DNA of 64,000 nt, taken from Octopus sinensis. Taxonomy: Eukaryota. Position numbers and translations under genes: made by a program. The notes under the pieces were generated by a model. The model saw nothing but the letters and a program-made list of their open reading frames with translations, was not told the origin of the DNA and searched no databases. Below are positions 26,281-38,470 of the stretch, one piece after another (positions within the stretch are counted from its first letter, which is position 1; every line of letters starts with the position of its first letter). The stretch covers positions 204,228,001 through 204,292,000 of the forward strand of contig NC_042998.1 in assembly GCF_006345805.1 (NCBI RefSeq), written 5' to 3'.

Positions 26281-27314
26281 TATATATACACATATATATA
26301 TATGACAGGCTTCTTTCAGTTTCCATCTACCAAATTCACTCACAAGACTTTGGTCAGTCCAAGGCTATAGTAGAAGACTCTTGCCCAAGTTGACATGCAT
26401 TGGGACTGAACCTGGAACCTTGTGGTTGGGAAGCAAGCTTCTTACCACACAGCCATACCTACACACATTTGTCGCATTATTAAAGTGTTTGTGATTATAT
26501 TTGGTGTATATTAAATTGTGGAACCGCTTTTATTTGATGCCTCTACATTCATTCTCCATGCAAATCCTTCACAAGCCATTACTGTAGAATTCCTGGCACT
26601 GTGTAGTCTAAGTGAATGTCATCTGGAAAGCCAACACAAAAACAGCCAAACATTCACAAGAACCATAATGTCAGATTGCTAAATACCGTAGCCAACAACT
26701 GCAATAGTATTTAGATGGATGCTGCTGTAACAGAAATGTGTTAACACAAGGAACAAACTTGATAAACAAACAACATAGAGAAGTTGTATGTTTATTGAAA
26801 GGTCTTTCATGTTTGTTTGTGTCTCTCTTTAATCTATAACCCTTGGATAACATTTCCCTAAAATTTACATGAATTGTAATAAACAACACAATGTTTTATT
26901 TACTGTGGATTGCATATAAAATGTAGATTATGTAAATGTTTTCATGTCATGCCTGGGTTGCTCTGTGGGAAATATTTCCTCATGCTAGAAAGAAAACCAC
27001 TTGCTGACAGTTTTTTGCTCTTTGAATAATGAGTGTTTGGGTTTTTAGAAGGAGCAGCAAATAATATATGGAATGGTGTTGGGGCAGATTTATTGTAGAA
27101 ACACTCAGCAGAATTTCCTTTCATTTACGGCTTCCTGAAAGGTTCGTTGGTTCAGTAAATAGGAATTTATTATTACCATAAAAGGGGGATGTTCAACTTG
27201 TCTCTTTTATCTTTTACTTGTTTCAGTCATTAGACAGCAACCATGCTGGGGCACCACCTTGAAGAATTTTTAGTCAAAGGAATGGACCCCGGTACTTTTT
27301 ATTTTACAAAGTCT

Positions 27315-27755
27315 GGTGCACGTAAAAAGCACCATCCGAACGTGGCCGATGCCAGCGCCACCTTGACTGGCTTCTGTGCCGGTGGCACGTAAAAAGCATC
27401 AACTGATTGTGGCTGTGGCCAGCCTCCCCTGGCACGTAAAAGGCACTCACTACACTCACGGAGTTTTTGGCGTTCACTGCCAGATCAGATTGGAGCCTGG
27501 TGCAGCCTCCTGGCTTCCCAGACCCTGGTCAAACCGTCCAACCAAGTAAAATTTCAGTTGTGACAAATACCGGTGTCACGCAAATGGCACCTGTGCCACT
27601 GGCATATAGAAGCACCCATTACGGAGTGGTTGGCATCCAGCTGTAGAAACCATACCAAATCAGATTGGAGTCTGGTGCAACCTTCCAGCTTACCAGTCCT
27701 GTTCAAACTGTCCAACCCATGCCAGCATGGACAATGGATGCTAAATGATGATGGT
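27315..27755 (+). mobile_element. Two tandem RTE-related element copies
   Basis: Modules and cores; second copy ends in GATGATG. Confidence 0.7.
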
Positions 27756-27954
27756 GACAGTGTAACAGCCAAAACTCTCCCCACTTTGCTAACTTTTAGC
27801 AACACACCAAAGAGAGGAGAACTTCAGTTAAGAACCGAGGTGGACTTTGATGATCCATCTGAGTGTTACCATTCAGGAAAAGACACTCGAAAACATCAAT
27901 GAGGATTTGATTTTTTATGAACTTAAACGACAGGCGTGACTGCATACACCCAGG

Positions 27955-28110
27955 CATGGCTGTGTGGTAAGAAGTTTGCTTCCCAACCACATGGTTCCAG
28001 GTTCAGTCCCACTGCATGGCACATTGGGAAAGTGTCCTCTACTATAATCTCAGGTTGATCAAAACCTTGTGAGTGGATTTGGTCAACAGAAACTGAAAGA
28101 AGCCCTTTGT
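27955..28110 (+). mobile_element. SINE B 5' half
   Basis: A/B boxes and CORE-like segment. Confidence 0.75.
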
Positions 28111-28213
28111 ATATGTGTGTATATATATAAGGATAAGATCGTTAATTTAAAATAAAATAACGATTTTATCAAGTGGCCTGCATGGAAAAAGTAACCTTCA
28201 AAGGTAATAATTA

Positions 28214-28595
28214 TTAAAATTATAAATTAGGGTATCTACGAGATACCACCATGCTGAAAATAGCAGCCATGATCTGACTCTAAAACCACCTTAATTGTCC
28301 ATATATGAACACAGAGAGAAAACAAAGAGACAAGATGAAACTAGTAAAAAATTACTGGATAATTCTAGATCCCGGATTTCTGACTTTGCATTTAGGAATG
28401 CTTTGCCTCGTCAGTAGAATACACACAGAAAAGAAACATAAATACATATATATATATAAATACAACATACGAATACTTACATATACGAATGTATACATAC
28501 ATATATATGGACAATTAAGGTGGTTTTAGAGTCAGATCATGGCTGCTATTTTCAGCATGGTGGTATCTCATAGATACCCTAATTTATAGTTTTAA
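28214..28595. repeat. Fold-back cassette, 93-bp arms (2 mismatches), about 195-nt spacer
   Basis: 28214-28306 is the reverse complement of 28503-28595. Confidence 0.95.
28362..28420 (-). ncRNA. Minimal type I hammerhead ribozyme motif (Penelope-like)
   Basis: ATTCTA-CTGACGA-GGC...GTCA-GAAA-TCCGGGA-TC-TAGAAT: 6-bp stem I, intact core, quasi-palindromic stem III, UC cleavage site; one extra A before GAAA. Confidence 0.65.
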
Positions 28596-28596
28596 A

Positions 28597-28657
<61 letters not shown>

Positions 28658-29689
28658 TTGTCTCCTGCCTCCGCTTGGCATCTGGTATTGGTGTGTTCAT
28701 GTTGCCATAACTTCGTGGCTCAGCAAATGAGACTGATACAGTAAGTACCAGGTTTTAAAAAGAAGTTCTGGAGTCAATTCACCCGACAAAAATCTTCAAG
28801 GGGTCGTGTCCCAACATGGCTGCAGTTTAATGACAGAAACAAATAAAAGACCGGAACTGCGACTTATATATTCAGAGTTTGGTTTAGAAGTTTTGATTCG
28901 CGAAAATGTTATTTTTATTGCATCCCAGCATGGCCACAGCCTGCTGACTGAAACCAGTAAAAGTAAAGAATAAAAATATTTATTTACCAGGAAAAAGGCA
29001 AAAAAAACCCAGAAAGCTATTGTTGAGAGTTTCTCTAATGGTTTAAATGACAAAATGATCTTATCTTTTGAGCAGGTCTCTTCTTTAATGGAGAGATATT
29101 GATTTTTGTTTTGTGGCTAATGTTATTTTCCAAAGTTGGAAACTTCTTCTTCAACATTGGTGTCAAACATTTTATCTTAACCAGTCATAATTGTCGTTTG
29201 ATCTGACAACAGCAGACTGCTTCCAATAACCTTCAAACATTTCCTTTCAACTATTCCATGCAGAGGTAAATATTTATTGGATTTAGTTACAAGTAAGGAG
29301 GTTTTTCTTCTGTTTTTTTTTTTTATCAATCTCCTGAAAGAAAGAAAAATAAGTGTGGGACATTTTCGTACCATTTGAGTTGCTCTGTGTTTTTCGGTTA
29401 TTGTTGGTGTCAGATGCACACTATTGTCTGACGACAAACACTAAAATACTATTATAAGTATTTAACTATATATATATACATATATATATATACATACTTA
29501 CCCTTACATATATATATATACTTGTAGCCAAGTTATAAAGTAGTAAGTATTTAAATTAAATTTCTTTTATATGGTGAGATGAAGGGCCTACTATCTCTAA
29601 ATGAAAATATATATTTCCTCATAATTTGAATAATTTGAACCCCTGTTATGCTGGAATCTTTATTCCCTAACAAATAAAATTATATATAT

Positions 29690-29850
29690 CTGAAATTGCG
29701 AAGATGATCCAGTTCTTGACTGAAGATAAAAGGCTTCGAATGACCCGTCCTAGTTTTTTTGTATCGTCTATTTGGATGTTTTGTTGTCCCTTTTTGTATC
29801 ACCTAGTTGTCCAGATGTTTTGCGTTCTTGCCCCAGTTTGTATCTTATTA
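29690..29850 (+). repeat. Unclassified interspersed repeat ending in (TA)n
   Basis: GAAATTGCGAAGATGATCC...CTTGACTGAAGA...GGCTTCGAATGACCCGTCC...TTTGGATGTTTTG; also at about 46930-47070 and 55212-55350. Confidence 0.75.
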
Positions 29851-29968
29851 TATATATATATATATATAAGTTCAGCAAAATTTGGATTCAGATGAATATG
29901 GTACTTAAGTCAGAAGCACCAGAATTTTGTATGGTATTATCCATATCAATCCATAGGGGTGATTATAA

Positions 29969-30070
29969 TCAAAATAAGCAACGAGTATATCTTAGGTAAT
30001 TTGGTACAAAATGAAGTAGAATGAAACAATTGTACCAAATTACCTAAGATATACTTGTTGCTTATTTTGA
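29969..30070. repeat. 41-bp-arm hairpin, 20-nt loop
   Basis: 29969-30009 versus 30030-30070; unfolded relative at 45835-45900. Confidence 0.9.
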
Positions 30071-30098
30071 GTATATATATATATATATACACACTTAG

Positions 30099-30314
30099 CC
30101 TTTTGATACTAACTTACCAAAGACCACCACCCCTGGTTCTAAGAATCAAACTGTCTGTTTTAAATTGATTTCAATTGAAACCTTCCATCAAGATTTCATG
30201 TTAACTATTGTCCCAAACACCAACCAAATAACATTAATTTTGTTAAATTCTTCATTATTTTCAAACTCAAAACAGATGCAGTGTATTTCTACAGAAATAA
30301 TGGTAACAAAAGGG
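30099..30314. mobile_element. piggyBac-like MITE family 2
   Basis: CCTTTTG / CAAAAGGG termini with TTAG / TTAA flanks; homologous to 34497-34719. Confidence 0.7.
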
Positions 30315-32118
30315 TTAATCACTTGATTTCAAGCCTTTGTGTCTCAATTGTTCTGTCTGTGTACCTAAGCAGATAATATCTGCTGCTTCAGTTTAATTTA
30401 ATTTTCATGGCAAGTGTTGGGGGGTGTGGTGTTCTGGAATATAGAAAGACATTCCCTTTATAAATGAACTCTTGTGTCTCTTCTGACACATGTAATGCTT
30501 CAAACCTACCCTCTCCCTTTTAGCGCCACTCTAACGAACTTTGGCAGTTAAATAATTACTATGTTCCCTACTTAAAATCAATGATTCTCTTGAGGCTTAC
30601 TTCATTGCCGACAATTACCAATTCATTTTATTTCCATCAACTTTCACAGACTCTACAGTTTTGCTTCATCTCTTCATTATTGATTAAAATGCTTCCAAGT
30701 AATTCGTATTCCTCGGCATCGAGTGGAAAACCATTTTCTTTCTTTCTCTCTCAGTCTTTCACAAATAACAGGTGACAGCCTCTTGAATGCTGCCTCTTCA
30801 CCATTCTTCAACATATTGAGATAAAAAAAAAAAAATCAACTTTAAACAAACATAAATATTAAATGACCTCGTTAACAGCCCTAATTTCATCAGAGATTAT
30901 TAATCACACCTGTAACTTCTCACTCACAACTGTTTCTAGTTTCTATTTACGACAGTTGTTGTTGTTGCAAGTTAAGGAGAATTTTTCTGTTTTTCTTTAA
31001 GAATATGAAAAAAAACTTTCTCCAATTCACCTTTCCTCCTTCTTTTCTATACTGTCCCTCCTCCCCACCTGTCACTATATCTCTTTATTCTCATCCTCAT
31101 CTGTATCATCACCACCACCACCTTTCCCTTTTCCTCCCCCTCTTTCCCTTCATTTCTACAAGAACCTCTCCCTGCACTTTCAGTATGCCCCCTCATAACC
31201 CCAACCCTCCTCCCTCTATCCCCTCCCCCACCCGTCTCATTAAATATTTTGTAAATTAACTTTCCCCTAAAGCTCTCCTCATTCACAAAGGCAGATTTGG
31301 CTTTGAGCTTTTCAAAATGGATTAGCAAGTCAGTTCTTGGGTTTTCTTGTGGCAATTTGGTAAAATGGAATTCATAATCTTGTGTTGATGGAGGAGACAC
31401 CATTCATTATATATTTATTGATACAACAAGCTGAGCAGGGGGGTGAGGCGGGGGGGGGGCGATTATTTCAAGATGGAAGAAATGATTCAAACACAATGCA
31501 TGTGAAAGAGAGTGTGAGTATTAGTTTAGAGATAGATGATGCTGAGCTAATGCTAGAAATAAGAGTAAGTAGCTAGCGGAAAGAGTGGGGTGGAAGGTCA
31601 GTTAGTCAGGCAAACATGCTTTTACTGAATTACATTCATTCACAATCTCTCTAACATCTACACACACTCCCCCTTCCCCCATATATAAAGCTGCTTATTA
31701 ATTAGTTTGGAGCATGTAACTTTTACTAAAAGAAAACAATTATTAAAGTCTACACTGTCTAGAAAATTCTTAAAGATTGTAATTTTTATATATTTTTATC
31801 AAGATGTCAGCTTTTTTTTATTAATAAGTTCAGTTATGGAAAACCAACTTTAATTCCCCACAAAATAGAATTCCCTCTTTGTCTTCTCATTCTCTTCTAT
31901 GGATGACTAGAACGTGGAATTGGTTATATATTGCTGACAGTCACTTCCTTTGCTGCAACCACTGCTTGTGTTATCGTAGTTGATATGATGAAGAATAGAA
32001 TAATATCATTTTCCATCACTATACATCTATAATTGTGTGTTTATATAGGTTTATTAATACTAAAATGTACATCATCATCATTTAATGTCTACCTTCCAAG
32101 CTGGCATGGGTGGGACAG

Positions 32119-32154
<36 letters not shown>

Positions 32155-32207
32155 GTTTAAATATTTGTTGTGCAAGATTTTTTATGTGAAGTCGTGTGTT
32201 GAAACAG

Positions 32208-32497
32208 ATATTGTTATATTTCGGAATGGTCATATTGCCAGTTTAGCCAATAAAAACACACGCACTATATATTTGGTGTTATTTTGCTTCAGTGATATTT
32301 ATTTTTTACATTAATCTTAATCTTATTTCGGCCAAAGTTCTTTCGTCACACTCCTGTGACCGCATCAGTAGTCCTTTGTTTTCTTCTCACTTAAAATAAA
32401 AAATAAATATCACTGAAGCAAAATAACACCAAATATATAGTGCGTGTGTTTTTATTGGCTAAACTGGCAATATGACCATTCCGAAATATAACAATAT
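32208..32497. repeat. Fold-back cassette, apparently perfect 100-bp arms, 90-nt spacer
   Basis: 32208-32307 versus 32398-32497; ORF track gives the identical peptide on both strands. Confidence 0.95.
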
Positions 32498-32502
32498 ATA
32501 TA

Positions 32503-32543
<41 letters not shown>

Positions 32544-33543
32544 GCTGTGATACCTGTGCCGGTGGCAAGTAAAAAGCACCATCCGAACGTGGCTGATGCC
32601 AGTGCCGATTGACTGGCATCAGACAAACGGATTAAGTCGATTACATCGACCCAGTGCGTAACTGGTACTTAATTTATCGACCCCGAAAGGATAAAAAGTG
32701 AAGTCGACCTCAGCGGAATTTGAACTCAGAACGCAGCGGCGGACAAAATACCGCAAAGCATTTTACCTGGGGATAGATATAAGTGTGTATAGGTATCTAT
32801 GTATAATTAATCAGTGTGTAAACGGGCACTTCGTTAGTTAAGCTGATGAGTATTCCAGTTGATCCAATCAGTGGAACAGCATGCTCATGAAATTAACACG
32901 TACTGTGTCTTGCTCAAGGACACACTGTGCCATTGAGATCAGGACCTTAAAATCATTATCTGAATACACTAAGCTATGCACCTTCACTAACCTCTTTGTA
33001 TGCGTGTGCGTGTGCATGTTGCATTCACATGCGTGTGTATGGATTGATATATACAGCCTGGCAAACCCATAAAGCAAAGATCCAACACAAGCTGTTGTGT
33101 GTAAAGAGAAAGTGGGCTGCTTTGTAACTGGGTAATGAAAACTAGTCACGGTTTTAATGTGTCAAATGAAAGATATTCTGTTTCCAAAAAATGAGCCGTG
33201 TTGCACATCAATTGATTCTTTCTTCTCTCTATGTAGTAAATAGCTTTGTGTGTTCCCTGGCTTTCAATTATGGTTAGATCATGGCTTTAATGTGGAATAC
33301 CTTCTTGATGTCATCTCCTCATTAAAGTTTTTAAAACTACAAAATTTTATCTCACTTCCATCTGAATACTTCACCTGTTTCTCTCTTACTGAGTTTAATA
33401 CCAGCTTTTTTTTGCTTTTGTGCATCTTTTTTTTAATTTATTTCATTATTTATGTTTAGAAATTACATAAAAATAGTCATAAAATAAATAGCTATATGTT
33501 CAAAAAAGCAATTTACAGTTATTTGGTATTTTTCTACACACTC

Positions 33544-33582
<39 letters not shown>

Positions 33583-33674
33583 TGTGTGTGAAGTTGGAGA
33601 AAAACAGCTTTTGTCAATCCAACATATGCTATTATCTGACAGAACATAAAAGTGAACTCTGGGAATCTCTGGAG

Positions 33675-33714
<40 letters not shown>

Positions 33715-34257
33715 AAGAGATAGTTGGATTTGGTTATTTTGCTATCTATCTTTTATCTTTTACTTGTTTCAGTCATTAGACTGTGGCCATACTGGGGCAC
33801 CACTTTGAAGAGCCTTTAGTTGAATAAATCAGCCCCAACACTTTTTTTAAAGCCTGGTACTTGTTCTATCAGTCATTCTTGCTGAACTGCTTAGTTACAG
33901 GGACATAAATAAACCAACACCAATTGTCAGACAGTGGGGAAGGGGACAAACACTGACACAGCATCTACTTTCCTAACACCAACCACTTTGTAAAGGGGTT
34001 GGCATTAGGAAGGGCATCCAGCCATAGAAGTCATACCAGAACTGACAACGGAGCCTCATACAGCTCCTGTGAAATCATCCAACCCAGACCAGCATGGAAA
34101 ACAGGCATCAAATGATGATGTTGATGATCTATATACAGTGGGGTGCCCTTTTAGGAATGGTTCCCTACGTGAACAACTTGCAGAATGAAAGGTTTTTCTG
34201 ATAACAAAATGAACCTTTACATGATGTAAAGTTTACATGAAAACCTTAATAGAATTA

Positions 34258-34484
34258 GAGCTGGCAGAAACGTTAGCACACCGGGCGAAATGCTTAGCGG
34301 TATCTCGTCTGCTACTACGTTCTGAGTTCAAATTCTGCCGAGGTCAACCTTGCCTTTCATCCTTTTGGGGTCAATTAAATAAGTACCAGTTACGTACTGG
34401 GGTCGGTATAATCGACTTAATCCGTTTGTCTGTCCTTGTTTGTCCCCTCTGTGTTTAGCCCCTTGTGGGTAGTAAAGAAATAAG
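34258..34484 (+). mobile_element. SINE family A
   Basis: Family match. Confidence 0.85.
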
Positions 34485-34496
34485 AATTAGTATTAA

Positions 34497-34719
34497 CCTT
34501 TTTGACAACAACCCCCTTGATCCTGCCCCTGGTTCTGCAGTATAAGCTCCCTGTTTTCAAGCAATCTAAATAACAGTCTTTCACCAAAATTCCATCTTCA
34601 TTTACTTTCCAAACAACAGATTACTAATGACAATGGTATTTTGACTAAATTCTTCATTATTTTTATAACTAATTGAAACAAACCCAGAAGATTTCAAGAG
34701 AAATAATGTCGCCAAAAGG
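34497..34719. mobile_element. piggyBac-like MITE family 2
   Basis: TTAA-CCTTTTTGAC...GTCGCCAAAAGG-TTAA. Confidence 0.75.
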
Positions 34720-35161
34720 TTAATGGATGTTTTATCATCTAAACTCAAAGCAGAGTTTAGAACCTGATTAAACACTGTTGTTGTAATTAAATAATTAGTA
34801 ATTAATTGATCACCATTAGGAGGTAGAGCAGGTATTTTTCTGTTTTTGTCATAATTTAACAAAGGTTCACTATAATTTAAGAATTTATGGTATGCGTTAC
34901 ACGTTTTAAAATTATAACATTTTAATTTTCTAAGTACAATGGATGCATCAAACACTTCTGCTTCCTGTGTGGTTGTCATTTGGCTACGATCTAGATTTTG
35001 GGATACATAGAATGGATCTCGCACAAAACTCTGAATTCTCTATCAAAACAAATTTGTTCTAAAAATTCTCACCAGAAATGGTTGTACAATAGTCATCAAT
35101 AAACAATCAATTTGATTTACATAGATAAGGATTGTGGATTATAAGTGTCTTGTTATTTTCA

Positions 35162-35554
35162 CTAGCAGTATCGCCCGGCATTGCTCGGGTTTCTTTCGAC
35201 CCTTTAGAATTGGAATTTTTGAAAAGTAAAAATTTTGCATTATGTATCTTGTTATTCTCTTTGAGTGAACATTTTTCTGGTTGAAATACACCGAAAAATG
35301 GTGACACAGCAGTCAAAAAATCATTAAAAAATAGGGATTTTCATAGAAAAAAAGCACGTGTTTGATGTAAATAATTTTTGGTGTTAACATGGTCCGATTT
35401 GAATTTTTTCTTCTACAGAATGAAGAGCAAGCCTTCTTCTATCATACTTTCAATTTTGGTCAACTTGTGCCGCAGGGTCTCGGAGGAGATAGTGTTAGTT
35501 GAAGGCTACCAAACCCACCATACACAGACAACTTCAGCTTTGTATAGAGAGAGA
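35162..35554 (-). mobile_element. Non-autonomous Helitron
   Basis: 5' TC and 3' CTAG between A and T, subterminal CCCGAGCAATGCCGGG hairpin, no TSD; homolog at 49010-49355. Confidence 0.8.
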
Positions 35555-36399
35555 TTAGCAGAAAAGAATACCCCATTGTTCCTTTAATCTGAAAATTATC
35601 TGAATTTATAAAAGAATTTACAACCACAGCTCTAATTTTAAAAATATGTCTAGTCATAACGATGAAATTAAAAATATTTTGACAGTGATGCTCATTACCT
35701 GGCTTACAGCCACCTTCTTCAATACCCTCCCCCTCGATACCTCCCCACTCAAAAGGTCATTGTCTTGGAAGCTTTTTGGTGACCATGCAAATGCTGGCAC
35801 TATATAAAAAGCATTCAGTCCACTCTGTAAAGTGGTTGGCATTTGAAAGGGGATCTAGCCATAGAAACCATGCCAAAGCAGACCTCACCAGTGTTGGTAC
35901 CATACTAAAAGCACCCAGTCCGCTCTGTAAAGTGGCTGACAATAGGAAGGACATCCAGCCATAAAACCATGCTAAATCAGACAGTGTAACTTGGCACCGT
36001 CCTCTGGTTGACCAGTTCCTTTCACACTACCCAACCAATGCCAGTATGGAAGATGGATGTTAAATGATGATGATGATGATGATGATGGCTTGGAAAGAAA
36101 ACTTTGTCCTAAACCAATTTCTGTCTCATTAAAGTCACCAAACATTATTGTTGATGAATGGAGGGATTTAAATATTCATCAAAACGGTTGACTCATAATG
36201 GAATCTGTAGCCATAACACAATTACCAAAAACTGCAGCTAATGATTCTGCACTTTGCAAAAATAAATAAATGTTTGAATAAAATAAAACAAAAAAAATAT
36301 ATCTTTTAGTAAATGGAAAATGACACCTCTGTCCTGTAAATTTTCATCCCAACCAATCAAATTACAATAAAATTCTCATAAAATGTGTGTGCGTATGCA

Positions 36400-36790
36400 T
36401 GGGTGTGGCTGTGTGGTAAAACGTTTGCTTCCCAACCATTTGATTCTAGGTTCAATCTCACTGGGTAAGTGTCTTCTACTATTACCTGAGGCCCACCAAA
36501 ACCTTGTGAGTGGATTGCCAGCCTCCCCTGGCACCTGTGCTGGTGGCGCATAAAAAGCACCCTCCATACGTGGTCGATGCCAGCACCGCCTTGACTGGCT
36601 TCCATGCCATGGCACGTAAAAAGCACCCACTACACTCACGGAGTGGTTGGCGTTAGGAAGGGAATCCAGCTATAGAAACTTTGCCAGATCAGACTGGAGC
36701 CTGGTGCAGCTTCCTGGCTTCCCAGACCCCGGTCGAACCGTCCAACCCATGCCAGCATGGAAAACGGACGTTAAATGATGATGATGATGA
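36400..36790 (+). mobile_element. SINE B 5' part joined to an RTE-related element
   Basis: SINE B head to about 36520, then modules, core and GAT tail. Confidence 0.7.
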
Positions 36791-37013
36791 AATTGAAAGA
36801 AGCCCATTGTATATAAGTGTGTGTGTGTCTTTGTGTCCATGTTTGTCCCCTACTACTGTTTGACAATCAGGGTTGGTATATTTATGTTCCTGTAACTTCG
36901 AAAAGAATTCTTCAAGGTAGTGCTCCAGCATGGCCAAACACTAATGACTGAAACAAGTAAAAGATAACTTATATGTATATAAATGATGATATTTATTATA
37001 TTAGATGAAGAAT

Positions 37014-37389
37014 CAAAACCAAGGCCAAACGAGTATCTCAAGTCATTTAGAATAATTTAATTAGGGAAAGGTGAATTTGAAGTCTTACTGCTGTTTCTGG
37101 GATAACCCAAGTGGTTGGTTAGCATGTCCACAAACTGGATCTTCCATCATCAGAGACAAGGTATGAATATTTTAGACAGGGAAAATTTACAGTTTACAAG
37201 GGATAAAATTCACAGTTCATAAGGTATGGAACAGAAGAATAAAGGAGTAAATAGACAAATTAAAGGGTCAGGTGGACATGCTAACCAACCAGTTGGGTTA
37301 TCGCAGAAACGGCTGTAAGACTTCTGATTGACCTTATCCTAATTAAACTATTCTAAATGACTTGAGATACTCATTCTGCCTTGGTTTTG
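37014..37389. repeat. Fold-back cassette, 118-bp arms (about 90% identical), 140-nt spacer
   Basis: 37014-37131 versus 37272-37389. Confidence 0.9.
37082..37157 (-). ncRNA. Type I hammerhead ribozyme motif (Penelope-like)
   Basis: GTCT-CTGATGA-TGG...CCA-GAAA-CAGCAG-TA-AGAC; the other arm reads GAAACGGCTGTAAGAC, implying an ancestral palindromic ACAGCTGT stem III. Confidence 0.6.
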
Positions 37390-38144
37390 TTTCGGACGAA
37401 TGCTGCTGTAATTTAGCCCCAGGAAACATCGTCCCCAGCTGGCTATACGACACGATCTGTGTCCTTATATTTTTCGAACAAGGGAATCTAGTACCCCCAC
37501 TCAGCGCAAAACAATATCTGTGTATCACAATTTCCAGGTTATTTCCCTTCATCAGCATAGAATAATTGTTTGGCTATAGGTGGCGCTGCCAAATTCCCAT
37601 TTGAAATATAGTTTTCAAAGTGACAACTTGTTACTGATCTGTAAATTAGAAAATTACTATTTGTAAATCCCATATTCAGCAACAGTACTTTGGAGTCCTC
37701 AACCAGGACTGCCATGTTATGTTGGCAAACAATCTTTACTCCAAAGTACCCTTGCTGAATATCTCTCATTGTGAGATTTACAAATAGTAATTTTCTCGTT
37801 TACCAGTTATGTCACCTACATTCCATTTCCAATATATTGTCTCTTATAATCATTATCACCACCATTTTATGTCCATGTTCCATGCTGGCATGGGTTGAAT
37901 GGTTTGACATTGTTGGGGTTATGCCTGTGGAACCCTGTACCTACTTTAACTCTGTATATTTTCATGGGATTATTAAGTTTTCTACCGTTTTTTTTATATT
38001 CTTCTTTTTCTATGTAAAGGGATATAACTCAGAACTGATTTACATTAGTACACATACATACGCGTGCACTGGTGCACACACATGCACTCACGCTCACATA
38101 CTCACTTACACACACACACATATATACATATATATACATACATG

Positions 38145-38350
38145 TATTGCCAGCCTCGCCTGGCACCTGTGCAGGTGGCACGTAAAAAGCACCCACTACA
38201 CTCACGGAGTGGTTGGCGTTAGGAAGGGCATCCAGCTGTAGAAACACTGCCAGATCAGACTGGAGCCTGGTGCAGCCTTCTGACTTTCCAGATCCCCGGT
38301 CGAACCGTCCAACCCATGCTAGCATGGAAAGCGGACGTTAAGCCATGATG
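38145..38350 (+). mobile_element. RTE-related element
   Basis: Core and tail. Confidence 0.8.
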
Positions 38351-38365
38351 ATATATATACTTTAT

Positions 38366-38470
38366 TTAAAAGCAGCAGAAATATAGCAAAAGCTGTTACT
38401 CAGAGTTTCTGACGAACGGGAACGGGAAACTCCGAGTAACAGCTTTTGTTTTATTTCTGCTGCTTTTAAA
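38366..38470. repeat. 44-bp-arm hairpin with a hammerhead core at its apex
   Basis: 38366-38409 versus 38426-38470; plus strand reads CTGACGA-ACGGGAACGG-GAAA-CTCCGAG-TA-ACAGC. Confidence 0.85.

Noticed and set aside
32840-32900. CTGATGAG...GAAATTAAC as a hammerhead
   Set aside because: It is the 3' hairpin of SINE C; intact copies read ACGACGAG and there is no stem III or UH site.
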